Shown piece after piece: positions 13,078 to 27,412 of a stretch of 64,000 nucleotides of DNA; the first letter of the stretch is position 1; each line of letters begins with the position of its first letter. Origin of the DNA: Hamiltosporidium tvaerminnensis FI-OER-3-3 (taxonomy: Eukaryota; Fungi; Microsporidia); the NCBI GenBank assembly GCA_022605425.2, contig JAKIMF020000005.1:806001-870000 (forward strand), written 5' to 3'. The notes under the pieces were generated by a model that saw only the letters and a list, made by a program, of their open reading frames with translations, searched no databases and had not been told where the DNA came from. Made by a program: the position numbers and the translations under genes.

Positions 13078-15574
13078 ATGTATTTTTTCCTCCGATCTAG
13101 ACATTTTTGCAGTACTTTTCCCGTTAGAAATATAGAAATACAAAGTTCAAGAAGTAAGATGTTCATGGTGATGTTTCGTTGCTTGATTGTAGATCTATAT
13201 GGTTTCTGTTTTTTAAACGCAGTTCATTCTGCAACTCTATCGAATAATGGACGAATAAAATTTGCGCTGATTGACTGGAACTGGATAGAAGCAATCACTA
13301 GAGAGGATCTTGCCGCTGCAAAATATTGGCTGGCACGACAGAATGAAAAGAGTGTACTTGATTTTTGCCCCGGGAATCATTTTTTTAGAAATAATAGAAT
13401 ATACCCTGAATTCTTCGTTTGTCCACATGGTCTATCATTTCTTTATCATAAACCATTACATATTTTAGAAGTGAATTACAGAGATGATTGGAAGGTAAGA
13501 TTTCGCGTCCTAAATTATTTTTTATCTAAGAATTCGAATGAGCCATTCCTTTTCTATCGTTCATCATTCGGCATTTCATATCAATTATTCAGTAGTTTTG
13601 TTAAATATCTTACATGCGATTCGTTTGATTCACCAAATGATTTATCTTATGAGTTGTTTTACAAATTTATAAAAATATTAGATATTTTAGATCCCATAAG
13701 TAGTGATTTTCTGAGTGAATTTTATTATAAGTTGTACAAAGATGGTTTAATGAACTCTATTTCGGTCGATATTATAAATGATCCTGAGAATTACAGATTG
13801 CATTTTTTTAATGAAAAAAAACGACGTAGGCCCTTTATGTATTTTTTTGGTGTCTTAAACGATTTTTTAGATGCGTGTTTGATTCCTAATATTTCTACAC
13901 TTTCGATATTTAAGAAAAAGAATCAATCTATTGACCAATGTTTTAGGTATACAGGAGAAGTTGATAGACTTGTTTTAAAAATATCCGCATGTTCTTTAGA
14001 TTTTCTCATGCCTAGTTTAGCAGAAAATGCGCATATTTTTAATTGGCTCTTATCAGTTACCGAGATTTCTGGTTTCTATTTTGATAATACCGAATTTACT
14101 TTTAATCCAATTAACTTTAAAAATGTTTGTGGCTTTATGCATCCTGAAATACCAAAAAAATCTTCAGATCCCTTACAAACGGTACCTTCAGATTTTTTTA
14201 TAATCTTGAACGACGATAATCAAAGAAGAATGCAATATTTAAGATTTGTAAATGTTGATATTTGCTTTGATATATTCGAAACACTTTTATATAAAACTAA
14301 TATATCTTATTTTGAAGTTTCATATTGTTCAGTTGATGAATGTCATAAGATTACGGAACTATTGGAACAAATGCCAGAACTAAATGTTTTCATATTACAT
14401 GGGGTGAATAAGACCAGACGATTTAGATAGAATTATCTTTTCTAAAATTGAAATTTTGGTTCTAGTTGGATGTATATTTGTGAGCGATTCAGTATGGATA
14501 GCAAAAGAAAGCCCGGATTTTGTATATGAAATAATGAAAAATTTACGAATATTGAATGTTTCAGCATCGAAATTACCCATAGATTTTATGCATATACTTT
14601 TGCATTCTTTCAATCTCGAAAATTTAAATATTAGTCGTTTTGAATTTCTGCCTGCAAATTCTTCGTTTTCCCCGATAGGTTTAAGAAAAAATAGGTATTC
14701 TTTGCAACTCGACAAATATATTCCAAATAAGTATTTAGAGATGTTTTCTAGGATATATTTCGCAAATTTTCTGAGTCTATGCGATTCATTTATTTTTAGT
14801 GATATAGTTTTCTTTTTTAATATAGGAGATCTGATAGATTCGGTAAAATTTCTTGATCTAAGTGATAATCTTTTTCCGGTAGAATTTTTGACTTTGATAG
14901 ATAATTTTAAAAACCTGAAAAAAATTAAACTTTCTGCTAGTCTTCCTTCAAGTACAGTTGGTTTGCCAAATCTTGGAATGTTTGAAACGGTGATGGCTTT
15001 AGATGTATCAAGAAATGATATAAATGCTACAAATTATGATTTCGTTTCTAAATTTAAAAGTTTAAAATCTCTGAGCCTTGCAAACTGTAAACTAGAAAAT
15101 AAATTATTAAAGAAAATAATGACCAAAGATATGTGTGCCAATTTGATTTCTTTAGATCTTTCGGGTGTTGATTTGTGTTTTTTGGATTTTAAAAAAATTG
15201 TTTGTTGCAAGAAACTTAAAATTTTATATTTTCAAATTTCAAATGATCATCCTTTATCTTATTATTGTGATTATTTAGAGTTAACTTCTGCGAAATTAAA
15301 TTTAAATGTTTTGAAAGTGGAAATTAAAGGTGGTGTTTGTTTTGACGATCTAGTGAGTTTAGCTGGATTTTCAAATTTGTCGGAAGTTAAAATTACATGT
15401 TCTACATTTATTAAAACAGGCGAAAAGAATTTTATAAGATTCGATCCAAAAATTTCAAATTTTAGGCTTGAGTTGTGTTTAAAATATTATAATCTTGATA
15501 TCGATACCCTGAACATTTTAGATGAAATGTTTGAAAATTGTTCAATTTCAATTGTTAGCCCGCATTTATCCTAA
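13078..15574 (+). pseudogene. LRR protein family A member with a frameshift near 14410 (ORFs 13078-14430 and 14456-15574)
   Basis: The two ORFs align end to end with the intact paralogs at 22545 and 55381. The junction GGG GTG AAT A|AGA CCA GAC GAT matches paralog GVEMKPDD if 2 nt are missing. It could be a sequencing error. Confidence 0.85.
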
Positions 15575-17599
15575 AGAACTGACAATGAGTTTATTTAAAT
15601 AAAGTTAAAAGTAATATATTTAGATTCTTAATGTTTCTTCTTATCTCATAGCTTATTTATTCATAAATTTTCTGCTAGCTTCGTTCCTAAATAAATTTTT
15701 ATATTATTTCAGAACATTATGAGCGTTACAAGAGTTTTCCACGAAGAAAAAATGTACGATAAAAACATTAGGATTCAAAAACCAAAAGCGACCTCAAACT
15801 ACGAAAATTTTTCGTAAACCAAATTTCCAAACCAAAAAAATTGTAAAATTCCTCAATTTAAAATATACGCCAGTAGAATAGCATCTAAATATTTAAAGAA
15901 TAAAGCCCGCGAATATTATAAAATAATTTAACTTAAATCTATATACAACTCGTAAAGAAAATATTATTCGGTTAGAGATAGTGTGATATTTATATGAAAG
16001 TGGCATAAACAAGAATCAAAAATTGCACAAGTGGTTTAATTCTGGTATCAAATAGGAATTAAAAAATGAATTTAAAAGTTGAATGTAGCAAAAACACATA
16101 TGATAAGAAACACAGCTATAACTTTACTTGATAGAATAAAACCTGATTCTAGGTATATATTTTGTTTAAATAAAAAAGTTCAAGCATTTTAAATATTAAG
16201 CCGATATATGTAGCTCATATCGATTCAGGAGTTTTTCAAGAATGATTACTACAAAAATCGTTTGAGAGTCAGCTGAAAATAAATCGTATTATTTCGAATA
16301 ATTGTTTGTTATGAGTTTTTTTGATAAAAATTATGAAAAATATGTTTCTTGAAATAATTGCTTGTATAGATTTACTAATTTTCTATTAAAACTTGTTCTC
16401 CTAATGGTAAATACAAGCAGTTCATTAAAAAGTTTTAATATAGATAAGTTTTTCTTCACAAAATCAAATTATCATTCAACACAAGTCCTGTTTTGAGAAG
16501 GATTAAAAGTGCAAGAACCAAGATTGGAATTCGTCACTTGGTACAAGACCGGTATTCTCGGTTTTATTATATCAAGGAAACTGATACTTGCTAAATTTTT
16601 ATAATAGTAAAATGTAGAGAAAATATGTTTCGGAAAGAATAATTTTTCTAGATTTAAATATTTTGGAACACGTCTTCATTCTAAAATCGTATCTAATGAT
16701 ACTGTTTTTAAAGAAATGTCTCAGAAAAATCAAAATTGGTGCTGCAAATTAACCACTAAATAAATTTAAATCTACAAAGAAAACATTTAATTTCTTTTTT
16801 TTAAGGTGATGAATATAAAGATTAAAAAGTAACAAATCTGCAAATTTATCACTCAGGTATGAACATACTTCGATGATATAACAATTTACTATTTAAAACT
16901 TTTTTATAGGAAAAATCGTAAGTTAAAATTAGGTATTTTTGGAAAAAAATATGCAGGAAGCTTTCATATGTGCACTTAAAGAGCTGTGTAACAGTCTCGA
17001 TCACACAAAGATAATTTTAATAAAAAAATAATAAAATTTTTTATTCGGCAGGAAAGGCGTATACACTCGTAATTAAAAATTGCGTAGAATTTTAATTTAT
17101 TTGTTATATTCATATTAATACATTTCGATAGTTTATTTTATCGGAACGTGTGCTTTTTGATTTAATTTAATCGAGAAAAACGAAACGTATTTTTATCCCA
17201 AAAAAATATATTATAAGGTTTTACACCGGATACATAAGCTAATCCTCGATAATCTTGAGCTACAACAGATTCAAAGAAACAAATTTCACGAGTTAATTTT
17301 TTCGTTCTCAATACCGAAAGATAAACGAGTACTGAAAAAAGTAACCCTTTCTGCTGATTATTTCCATTTTTCTGAGCCTTTTTGCTTTCATTTTTACCTC
17401 TCTTTCTAAATTTCATTGAATTCAACTAAAATAATAAAATTGTTTATTCGAAAATTTCTTAAGCTTCAAATTTTTATTTGATGCTAATATATTTATTATT
17501 GTGTTATATTGAGATTATTACGTCTTGAGGCTCTTCTTTGATTTTATTTGTTTTTTGATGCATGTTAAAAGCCAAATTTAGTCTAAAAAATAATTTGAG

Positions 17600-20500
17600 T
17601 AATTTATGTGTATAAGGGCATTAGACAGGTTTCTTTCAGTGTGATCATGCTAGCAAAGTCTTCTTAGTTTTACATACAAAATTCTTATGATACTACATAC
17701 ATTGATAAAACCTTTTAATTTATTAATCCTCGGCACTACATCCCTGAATAAGCTTTAGCCTCCTCAATTGATGTCGAACACTGGTCTATTTCTACTGGGC
17801 TCGTTGAATTTTTGAATTTCGTAACAAGGTGGTTTTAAATGGTGGATTGTTAGTCCTACGCGCAACCTTAAACAGGAAGACCGGTTCATTTTAGCCGCTT
17901 CTTACAATAAGCAAGGAATACTTCAAGCCAATTTTGCTCCTGACATGGTGAGGAATAATAAAGCCCATATAGTTGTCTTTTGTTATATTCCTAAAATTTT
18001 ATGATTAAAACTATCTGAAACCAATTTAAATTTTAGATCGCAGTTGTAAGCGCAATTTCTTAAGTTTTTTAAAGAGAAATAAGAGCATCTGGTCTGTAAA
18101 TATATGCAATATTAGGTTTTTAGGGAAAATCGGCACGTTTTCAAAATTCTAGTTATATTGTAATAATAACTTCGGGGTTCTATTGTGCTTCTGTAACTGG
18201 CGCACGGCTCTTGAAGAGCTCTAATTATCCAGAGATTGTTTTTTTTGTTTTTACCTTTTATCTTTGTTTAATTTTGCGGAAATTAACATTCTCAAATTCT
18301 GTTCCGCAGTATTCATCCATTTTTTATCATGGTTACATTTTCATTCTATATATAAGATTCATAGGTGTCAAGTTGCTTGGCTTTGATATTCAAAGACATT
18401 CATAGCATATGTTTCGATCATATTACTCTCTTTTTTAAACCAAGTTACCGAATTTGCTCACTATATGATACATAATCGTTCGATATTTTCTTATTTTCTT
18501 ATTTTCTACAATTACTTAAAATTTTAGGATTATATATAATTCGGGTCTCTTTTTAAGGTTTTAAAAGGTGGTTAATCTCATTTCGTCGTAAATGATACCT
18601 CGATTATAGTTTTACAACTAGATTATGTTAATTTAATATTTTTAACTTTCTAATTTGAATTAATTTTGCATCACAGTGCAAAGTAATTCTTTTATTACGT
18701 TCTTTTTCTCTTTAATTTACACATCGGAATATGTTTTTGTTTATAAAAGTTACAAAAATTTATTATTTGAGTCTTTTTATTATCTTCATGAGTCGGTTTT
18801 GATGAAAATTCGATTAATTTGGAACAATGTCATTTTTATCTGCTTTTTTAGTCTTATTTGTAGCTTTTTATATGCATTTAAAGAGTTTTCTTTCGCACGA
18901 AAATAATATCGGTTCTATATTTTTTTATATATATTACCTAATTTTTTAGAATACTGTATATATCTGATTTTTTCATCAAATATCATATATTCTTCTTATG
19001 ATTTGTACTTACGGTTTTTATCTTTAAAGTAAGTTGCAATACACCTGATAATGTGTCTTCTTGTTTCTAGCTAAGGCATATTCTCATCGTATTTAAAGTA
19101 TATTTTTAGTAATAACTTTGTTTTTAAGTTATTTCAAGTCATATTTGTCATTTATATGAACTCTTAGGCAATTTCATAGTTGCAGCTGCCTTAAATATGC
19201 CTTCAAAATTTACGATACTGCAAAATCGTCTTTGATTCTCTATATATGATGTTCAAAACAGCATTCATATAATTATTCCAAGATCATTCTATCATAAATT
19301 TTTAGTCTGAATTCAACTTGCTTGTGAAATTCATATTGATCGTCTTTAATTATATTTTCTGTGTCGATCCATAATTCATTAACAACTTCCTTGATATAAA
19401 TTGTAAACTATATTGAATAAAAATATTCCAATTATTTAGTACATTAAATACAAATATGTTTTTTCGACAATAAAGATTGAACATATATCAATAGTTGGGT
19501 ATGTATTTTTATCTAAATTATTTGAACCGATTTTTGTCTCTTTTCTATTAAATTATTACCACTATATTTTATAATTTCTCCTATAATTTAATCATTAATG
19601 CTCATGGTTTTTTGAGCTTGTATTGACACTTATTATTTTATATAAAGTTAAGTAACCCATGGTTTCTTTCTATCAATTTCATTATTCCTACATCCGAAAT
19701 TAAGATATTCCAATTTCATTTTCTTTTGAATTATAGAATCTAATGTTACTTAAAAGCTTTTAAAAATATTTGTTCAGCTTTCATACATTTCCTTAAATTT
19801 CGTAAAAAATGTCACATATCAACGTTCTATCACCGATTTTAAATCTAACTTTCTCGTGGGGATTCTTAATAAATTATAAATCCGTCGTGTGTTTTTATAT
19901 GCAGCTATTTTTCCATTTACCTGACTTCTGGGTCTCCTTTTTTCCTTTTTCGCCATAAAATATAGTTGTTATAAATTTTCTGTGCCGAGCTCTTGTGGAT
20001 TAAATGTCATATAACTTTTGAAAACTTTTATTATGGCTCAAATTATGAGATTTGCTGTATCTTTGTATTCGGTTAATACAGAAGGTTTGTTTTCAAAGTT
20101 TTTAAGTCCGACGAGCTTATGTAGCGGTTTAGATATTTATTACATTATTCTAGTCAAAGTATGTATATTTCGATTAATATAAAACTTGTTCATATTATAC
20201 AATTTTGTTTTGATATTTGTCCAGCGTTTTCTGGCAGTTATATCATGAAACATATCGGAAGCATGTTATGGCATTAAAGATTTTCTAAATCGTTTAAAGC
20301 CACTATGCTTTACCTATACTTCATCATAACCAAATATTGATTAATCATATGCAGCAACTCTTAAGTTTCGCATAATTATGAAATCAGATACATGTGAAAT
20401 GATGAGACTTTGATCGAATTTCTGGAACTATACTGTGCCGATGGGTTATTGTCACATATTTTGTTTGCTTTTTCGTGGAAAATACCAGGTAAAACCTTCA

Positions 20501-21200
20501 TTTATTTATAAATCAAAATCGATTACCGATTCTATCAATTTTGAATTGAAAAATGAAAGGCCATCTCTATTTAAAGCGTGTTTTTGCTTACTTTCCTTCA
20601 TCACATTACCATTAAAATAACATACGAACCCTTTTATATTATATTGCGATGTTTTCCCTTAAAGAATTTTAGTGTATACAAAAATCCAACCATTTTTCAT
20701 CAGATACTTGGTTTAAGTGTAGATTTAATTAAAGTTGTATTATGAAACGTCATCTTTCTTCTGGATAACACAATCTTTGATCTGAGATATACTTAAAGCG
20801 TTATTTAGTAAATTATTTTTAATGTAAAGAGCCTTTACCGAATATTATTCGGTTTACCGCAGAAGAACTCTATATTTTCTCCGTTTTTATTAAATATTTT
20901 TTACTGATTCTATTTAGACGGATGATATATTTTATATTTCTCTGATCCATCGAATATATTTGTTCTTTCTAGATTTTCAGAGAAGGATACACATCATCTA
21001 GGTTCAAGTATAACTAGAAATCTTATTTTTTTGATGTTTTAATGAATTATTTTGAGTATTTCATTTATTTTACCATATTTTAATAATATGGTTCTAAGGG
21101 CGATGTTTTAGGGTTGTGTTTATTCCTCTTCTACTTTTTTCCGTGGGTAAGACTAGCTGCGGAACTCGTTACATATTTGTAGCATTTAAAATCCGTATTC
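17600..21200 (-). mobile_element. Highly decayed probable Ty3/gypsy-type pol/integrase remnant
   Basis: Only short minus-strand fragments: KTHDG near 19885, KNTYP near 19500, QLQKHNRT near 18190 and AYNC near 18045, in RT-then-integrase order. No long ORF and no LTRs identified. Confidence 0.3.
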
Positions 21201-22544
21201 TTTTTACTTTTGAATATGATTCCTTTTGCGGTTAATTAAACGTTACTACGAAGCAAGCCTTAAAATAAATAGAATTTTATTTTTAAAGAATGCAAAATTG
21301 AAAATTATATAAAATAGAGGTTTGAAGAACAATTTTCACAAATTATTAGTTTCTTTTTTGTATTTTACAAGTAAAACATAACCAAATATGAAAATAATAT
21401 GACGCTTCTGTTTTATAAAGAGAAAATACGGTTTATAATCGAAATCAGAAACATAAAACGTATGATTATATGTGAGAACTTCGGCAATGATATATTTTAG
21501 AATTCAGTCAAAATACTATTTTTTTCAAATTCTGAATTAAAAACATTTTCCTCGCTATTAATTTGTTTTAAAACCATTTGTAATAATATATGTTCTCTTC
21601 GAAATCAGAATCTAAAGTTTGTTTATTTCCAGTTTCTTCAAAGTAGTTGCTTGAACTACAAAAGGAAGAGTTAGTATTTGTTTTTACAGGTTTAAAACCA
21701 TCATTTTATTTGTATTTTGCTTGAAACATAAATTTGGTTGATTCCTAGTTCATTTCAGCTCTTCTTTAACGCCCATGTATGATCTTACTAAATCTTCCGG
21801 AATATAGTTCTGACTCATTTTTACGGTTTTATCAAACAAAATTATTAATACTGTCTTTTTGTGCACGAATGATTAAATTTTTGCTCCAACTTTTTAGTAT
21901 TTGCAGCTTTTTAAGATAATCTCATGGTATTTTGTCACAATATAATACTAAGCTATCAGTTTTCCGAATATCTCAAAACCAAGGCTATAAATAAGACCCA
22001 AATAATTGGTACATAAGTTTTTGATCCCAATTTTTTCTGTTTCAACATTTAGAAGTGACTCCTAGGAGGCATTTCCTAATTAAATGAGAGTTTTGTTATG
22101 TTCAATCTTGTCTAAAATAAATATATTGAGTAGATATTTTGCATTTAAATGTTTCTTTAATCCAGTTTATCACGAATTTCCAGATAATCGATTTTCGGAA
22201 TTTTCTTGTATTGAAGAAACGTAATTTTTTGTAAAGTTAAATGGATATAGGTAAAAACAGATGACAGTGGTCATCTTACACTCGACAGTTTCAGGTTGTG
22301 TAGTTCGTTTACCGCATTTTCTCAGATTTTAATTTATTTCTTTAAATGATATATTAAATCTAATGATTAAAGACGATAGATGAAGGCGAGAACCAATGTT
22401 CTAGAAATATTTTGATTCTAATTGGATCTTTAAGATAGCAATTTTCTGTTTATAAAATATATTTCAACAAAGAATTAATCAGGTCTGATATAATATAGAT
22501 TAAAAACATTAGAAAACTATTTTTTGCGAAAAAAAAGTTACTCC

Positions 22545-25034
22545 ATGTATTCTTTAGTGCGCCTGCAACTTTTTTTAGCTAGTTTTTTTGTAAAAAATAT
22601 AGAAATACTGTGCTTGAAAATTCAAAAGTGGTTCATTACATATTTGGGTGTACTTGCTGTTCTATCTTGGGTTATTATTCCCAAGGAAGTAAATTGCGCT
22701 AGTCAATCGAAGGATGGTACAATTGAGTTTGGGTTAATAAACATGAATTTGAGGAAAAATATTGCCGATGATATTCTTACCACAGCAGAATATTGGGTGT
22801 ATCGTTCGAATGAAATGGATCAGTTTCGCTTTTGTTCTGGAAGACACTTTTTTGCTGAAAATAGGATTTATCCGGAATTCTTTGTTTGCCCACATGCCTT
22901 TTCCTTTTTTAATCATGAACCATTGCATATATTTAAAGTGGATTACATAAATGATTGGAAAATAAAATTTCGTGTCTTAAACGACCATATATATGAAAAT
23001 TCGAATACGCCGTTTTTATTTCATGGTTCATTTGATGTTCCATATCCTTTATTTAGCATTTTTGCAGGTTATATGTCATGCGATCCAGTTGTTCTGTCTG
23101 AGAATTTATCATATGAAGTATTTTACAAACTTATCAAAATTTTAGATCTGCTAAGACCTATTAGTAGTGAAAGTCTGAATAAATTTTATTCAAGCTTATA
23201 CAGGAATGGATTAATGAACTCTATTGTTTTTGCAGATATTGTGAATGATGCTCATAATTACAGAACTCGATATTTTAACCAAACAAGACCACAAGAAGCA
23301 TTCATGTATTTTTTTGGAGTTTTAAATCCCTCTTTAGATGCATGTTTTATTCCTAATATTTCTGTAGTTTCAATATTTCGAAAAAGAAATCAGTGTATTG
23401 ATCAGTGTTTTAGATATACAGAAGAGATACAGAATCTTGTATTAAAAATATCTGCTGACTCATTGGAATTACTAATGGCAACACCGAGTTTTAACATGGC
23501 AATTTTTAATTGGCTTTTGTCAATCACAAAAATTTCTGGTTTCTATTTTGATAATACTGAATGTTCATTTAACCCAATAAAATGCCCAAATGTCTGTGGT
23601 TTTATTAAAATAAATGTACCAAAAAAATCTCCAAATTCGTTAAAAGCGGTATCCTCGACATTTCTCCTCGATCTAAGCGATGTTAATAAAAGAAGAATAG
23701 CACATTTGAGATTTATAAATGTTGATTTTTGTTTTGATAAAATTCAAAATATTTTCAAGGAAAATAATGTGTCCTATTTCGAGGTGGCATATTGTTCGGT
23801 CGATGAATGCCACAAAATTACAGAATCTCTTCTAAAAATGACAGAACAGAATATTTTTAAATTGCGTGGCGTGGAAATGAAACCAGATGATGTGGATAGA
23901 ATACTTAGATCAAAAGTTAGAATTTTAGTTTTAGACACGTGTACAATTTGTAAAGATACAGTATGGACACCGAATAAAAGCCCAGATTTTGAATATGAAA
24001 TAATCCATTATTTACAAACATTGAATGTTTCATCATCTAAATTACCATCAGATCTTATGCAACTGCTGTTGCATTCTTTTAACCTCGAAAATTTAAATAT
24101 TAGTTGCTTTGAATTTCTTCCCGCAAATTCTTCTTCTTCTATGATAGGTTTAAAAAGAAAATGGAATTGCCTACAAATTGATAAATATATCCCAAGTGAC
24201 TATTTGAAGAATTTACTTATGGAATATTCTGTGTACTCTTTAAGTTTATGTGAGTCGTTTATCTTTAATGATATAATATCTTTTTTCAATACAGGCTATT
24301 TCAATAATTCTGTAAAAACGTTAGATCTAAGTGATAATTCGTTAACCGTTGATTTTCTGGCCATAATAGATAATTTTAAAAACCTTAAGAGGCTCAATCT
24401 TTCAGCTAGTCTTCCTTTGAGCATTTATAGTCCATCGAATTATCGATTTTTTGCCACATTGAGCGATTTAGATGTATCAAGAAATAATATAACCTCGACT
24501 AATTTTGAATTTATTGCTTGTTTTACAAGTTTAAGATCTCTTAACATTTCAGAATCTAAAATAGAAAAGGGATTATTTACAAAAATGCTTACTGTTGAGT
24601 TAATCGCTTCATTGGTTTCTTTGGATCTTTCTGGTGTACATTTGGAGTTCTCTGATTTCAAAAGGTTTTTACCTTGTAAAAAACTCAAATATTTGTATTT
24701 TAAAGTTGCAAATGATCGTTCTCTATCCTACTATTGTGATATTTTGGTTTTAACTGCAATAAAGAAAAGTCTAAATGTATTAAATGTGGAAATAGATAGG
24801 AATATTAGCATTGATGATCTTGTAAGTTTAAATGGTTTATCAAATTTATCCGAAGTAAAAATCATCTGTAATGCATTTCTCCTTGTGGGCGAAGAAAATC
24901 TGATTAAATTTGACTTTTTTAATCCGGAATTTAGGCTGGAATTGTGTTTGAGACATTATAATCTTGATATGTATACCATAGAGATTCTAAAAGAAATGTT
25001 TCAAAATTATTCATTTTCAATTATTAGTGAATAA
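22545..25034 (+). CDS. LRR protein family A (N-terminal hydrophobic segment, conserved N-domain, C-terminal LRRs)
   Basis: LRR motifs VKTLDLSDNSL, LKRLNLSAS, LSDLDVSRNNI, LRSLNISES, LVSLDLSGV. Start moved from the TTG at 22524 to the ATG at 22545, because all three paralogs begin CC-ATG-TAT. Confidence 0.9.
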   Translation: MYSLVRLQLFLASFFVKNIEILCLKIQKWFITYLGVLAVLSWVIIPKEVNCASQSKDGTIEFGLINMNLRKNIADDILTTAEYWVYRSNEMDQFRFCSGRHFFAENRIYPEFFVCPHAFSFFNHEPLHIFKVDYINDWKIKFRVLNDHIYENSNTPFLFHGSFDVPYPLFSIFAGYMSCDPVVLSENLSYEVFYKLIKILDLLRPISSESLNKFYSSLYRNGLMNSIVFADIVNDAHNYRTRYFNQTRPQEAFMYFFGVLNPSLDACFIPNISVVSIFRKRNQCIDQCFRYTEEIQNLVLKISADSLELLMATPSFNMAIFNWLLSITKISGFYFDNTECSFNPIKCPNVCGFIKINVPKKSPNSLKAVSSTFLLDLSDVNKRRIAHLRFINVDFCFDKIQNIFKENNVSYFEVAYCSVDECHKITESLLKMTEQNIFKLRGVEMKPDDVDRILRSKVRILVLDTCTICKDTVWTPNKSPDFEYEIIHYLQTLNVSSSKLPSDLMQLLLHSFNLENLNISCFEFLPANSSSSMIGLKRKWNCLQIDKYIPSDYLKNLLMEYSVYSLSLCESFIFNDIISFFNTGYFNNSVKTLDLSDNSLTVDFLAIIDNFKNLKRLNLSASLPLSIYSPSNYRFFATLSDLDVSRNNITSTNFEFIACFTSLRSLNISESKIEKGLFTKMLTVELIASLVSLDLSGVHLEFSDFKRFLPCKKLKYLYFKVANDRSLSYYCDILVLTAIKKSLNVLNVEIDRNISIDDLVSLNGLSNLSEVKIICNAFLLVGEENLIKFDFFNPEFRLELCLRHYNLDMYTIEILKEMFQNYSFSIISE

Positions 25035-27359
25035 TTCTTAGTATAATTGTATGACGTTTGCTAAAATAAAGTTTAAGATATTTAATTTAAATTTTTAAAG
25101 TTATTACTTTTCTCAGATATATTCTTATAAATTTCTCAGTTGGAGTAAATAAAATAGGCATTATTGTTACATTAGCCATTGAGAAAGTATAAACGGATCT
25201 AATTTATCATTTAACAAAATAATAAAGCCAAGCATGTTGTTATGTCTCTCAAACTTCATTATCTAATTATAGTTTTCCAATACTAATACAGAGTTTTAAA
25301 CTTTATTAGTCTGCTTACTCGCGTATTTTTTAGAATTTCGTAACCACATTTATAGGGGCCTCTTGGCAATAAGTTTATGAAATCACAGTAAATTTTAACT
25401 AAAGTATTTTTTAGTATTATTATTGCTTATAGGGCTTTAAATTTTGAATTTTTATAGCTTTAGCTTATTATTCCCTGTCTACTCAATTAGGTTTACGATC
25501 TACTTTTTCGCGGTAACTTGACTTTTCATAAACTTTAAGATTTTTATTTTTTTTGCTTATAAAAACATTTTTGTAGGTATCCTGATCTATTTTTAGGCAG
25601 TTCGATGGATTTAAAACTTCCTAGTTGTTTTATTGACAATCTTTTAATTAATCAGGTATAAAAATTCATATGACTATGAAATAAATAATTATTGCGTTCC
25701 ATCATTTTTAATGAATTTATAAATTGCACAATACAGTGCAGGAAAATCAAATTTTCTTTAAATTATTCATTTGAGAAGTAAAATCTTATAAAAAATTAAA
25801 GAAAAAATATTACATTAAATTATACTTCATTAGTTTTAATTTTAAAAAGAAAGTAAAAATATTTTTCATATAAATTACTCTAATCAACATACATTTTTAC
25901 AATATTTAGTTCAAATGTTTTGTTGAAATAGAGAAGTTTTCAGGTGTTTCATTTTCAACTTCTAAACATTTTTATTAGTTGCGTAAGATTTATGAACATT
26001 TCAAAAAAGTCATGTTCTTGATTGAACCACTATTATTAATCTCTTACATTTCCCAACTATTTATATATTTTGATTAGGTCATCACGGTCGTGAAATAATC
26101 CGATTATAGCAACGATGATTCTTAGTTTTTTAGAAAAAATAATTCCAAAATTTTTTTCATATTATTACTAATTTTGCTTAAAGAAGATATAAAAAAGTAT
26201 ATGTTTCTATTGAAATATGTTTGAGTAAAATAAATACAATTTTTAGCTGAAAATTTAATATTAAAAAGTGTCACGACTAATAAACCTCTGCATGTCCAAT
26301 AAAACTCACGTTATTTCCTATATACACTTTATGGTGGATAAGCCTCTTTATATTTTGTATGGCCATTTTATTTTTATAACCTATTTATTATTGCTATTAC
26401 TTACATCTTCTGATTTCACATTCATTACCAATATTTTTTATCCATTCTTTTTAACATATTCTTATAGAAGAGTTAGAATGTGTTAATTATGAATACAATT
26501 TATTTTCTTTTTTTCAGTTATAATTTTACTTTTTTGTTTCAATCAATGTTTGTAAAGCCAATATGTATTTAAACTTGTAGACACTGTAATAAAATAAACA
26601 ACATATTAGAAAATTGATTTGAAGTTTAAACTTTTTCCTATTCTTTTCCATAATGTTTTAAATTTATGAATTCTCAAGTGTATGTGCATCGTAAATAATC
26701 TGTTAGAATTCTAATTTGTAAGAAAAGAAAGTTCTAACAGCTATTTTTAAAAACAGATACTATATAGGATTGTATAGATCTTTGAGATAACCTTTAATAT
26801 GGTTAATATTTCTGTATTACCATAATAAACACATATAGTGAAACTGTTTTACGCTGTAAAATATTTAACAAGACTTCACATTTAGTAAAAGATTCATTTA
26901 ATTTTTCTTTTTCCACTTTATCATTTTGTTGTTGAGAAATATGAAAACAGCTGATATTTGTAGAATTTTTTTTGGCCTGCTATTGGCTTGTCTAAGTATT
27001 AAAGCTATATATAGAACGCTTTGCATTTCGTATTCCAATGTCAAGCTTATTAATCAGATCGTAAAAAGATAGCTGGTAATTGGATTGCATGAAACTGGTT
27101 TTAAAAGATCGATTGAGAATTCTAAAGATGTTGTTTATACATTTAACAAAACAATACATAATTCATAAAAAAAATTTTTAATTTATGCATTTAATCAGAC
27201 ATAGGCTCTAATAATTCATTTTCTGGAAGCATAATACTGAAACCGAAAAAGATACGATATTTTTTGATTTAAGTATATTTCGGTACAGTTCTATTCGATG
27301 AAAAGGCGGAAAAAGACGGTGGAGCCTAGAAATCGCATGAACAATAGAATAGGCCGGTA

Positions 27360-27412
27360 AATACCATAATACCATAATACCATAATACTATAATACCATA
27401 ATACTATACTAT
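27360..27412 (+). repeat. 8-bp microsatellite (ATACCATA/ATACTATA)n preceded by a nested stem-loop
   Basis: About six direct units visible in the sequence. Confidence 0.85.

Noticed and set aside
27298-27334. SECIS-like ATGA...AA...GA pattern or degenerate hammerhead
   Set aside because: The helix is too short for a SECIS, no selenoprotein gene lies upstream, and the core reads TCGATGA rather than CTGATGA.
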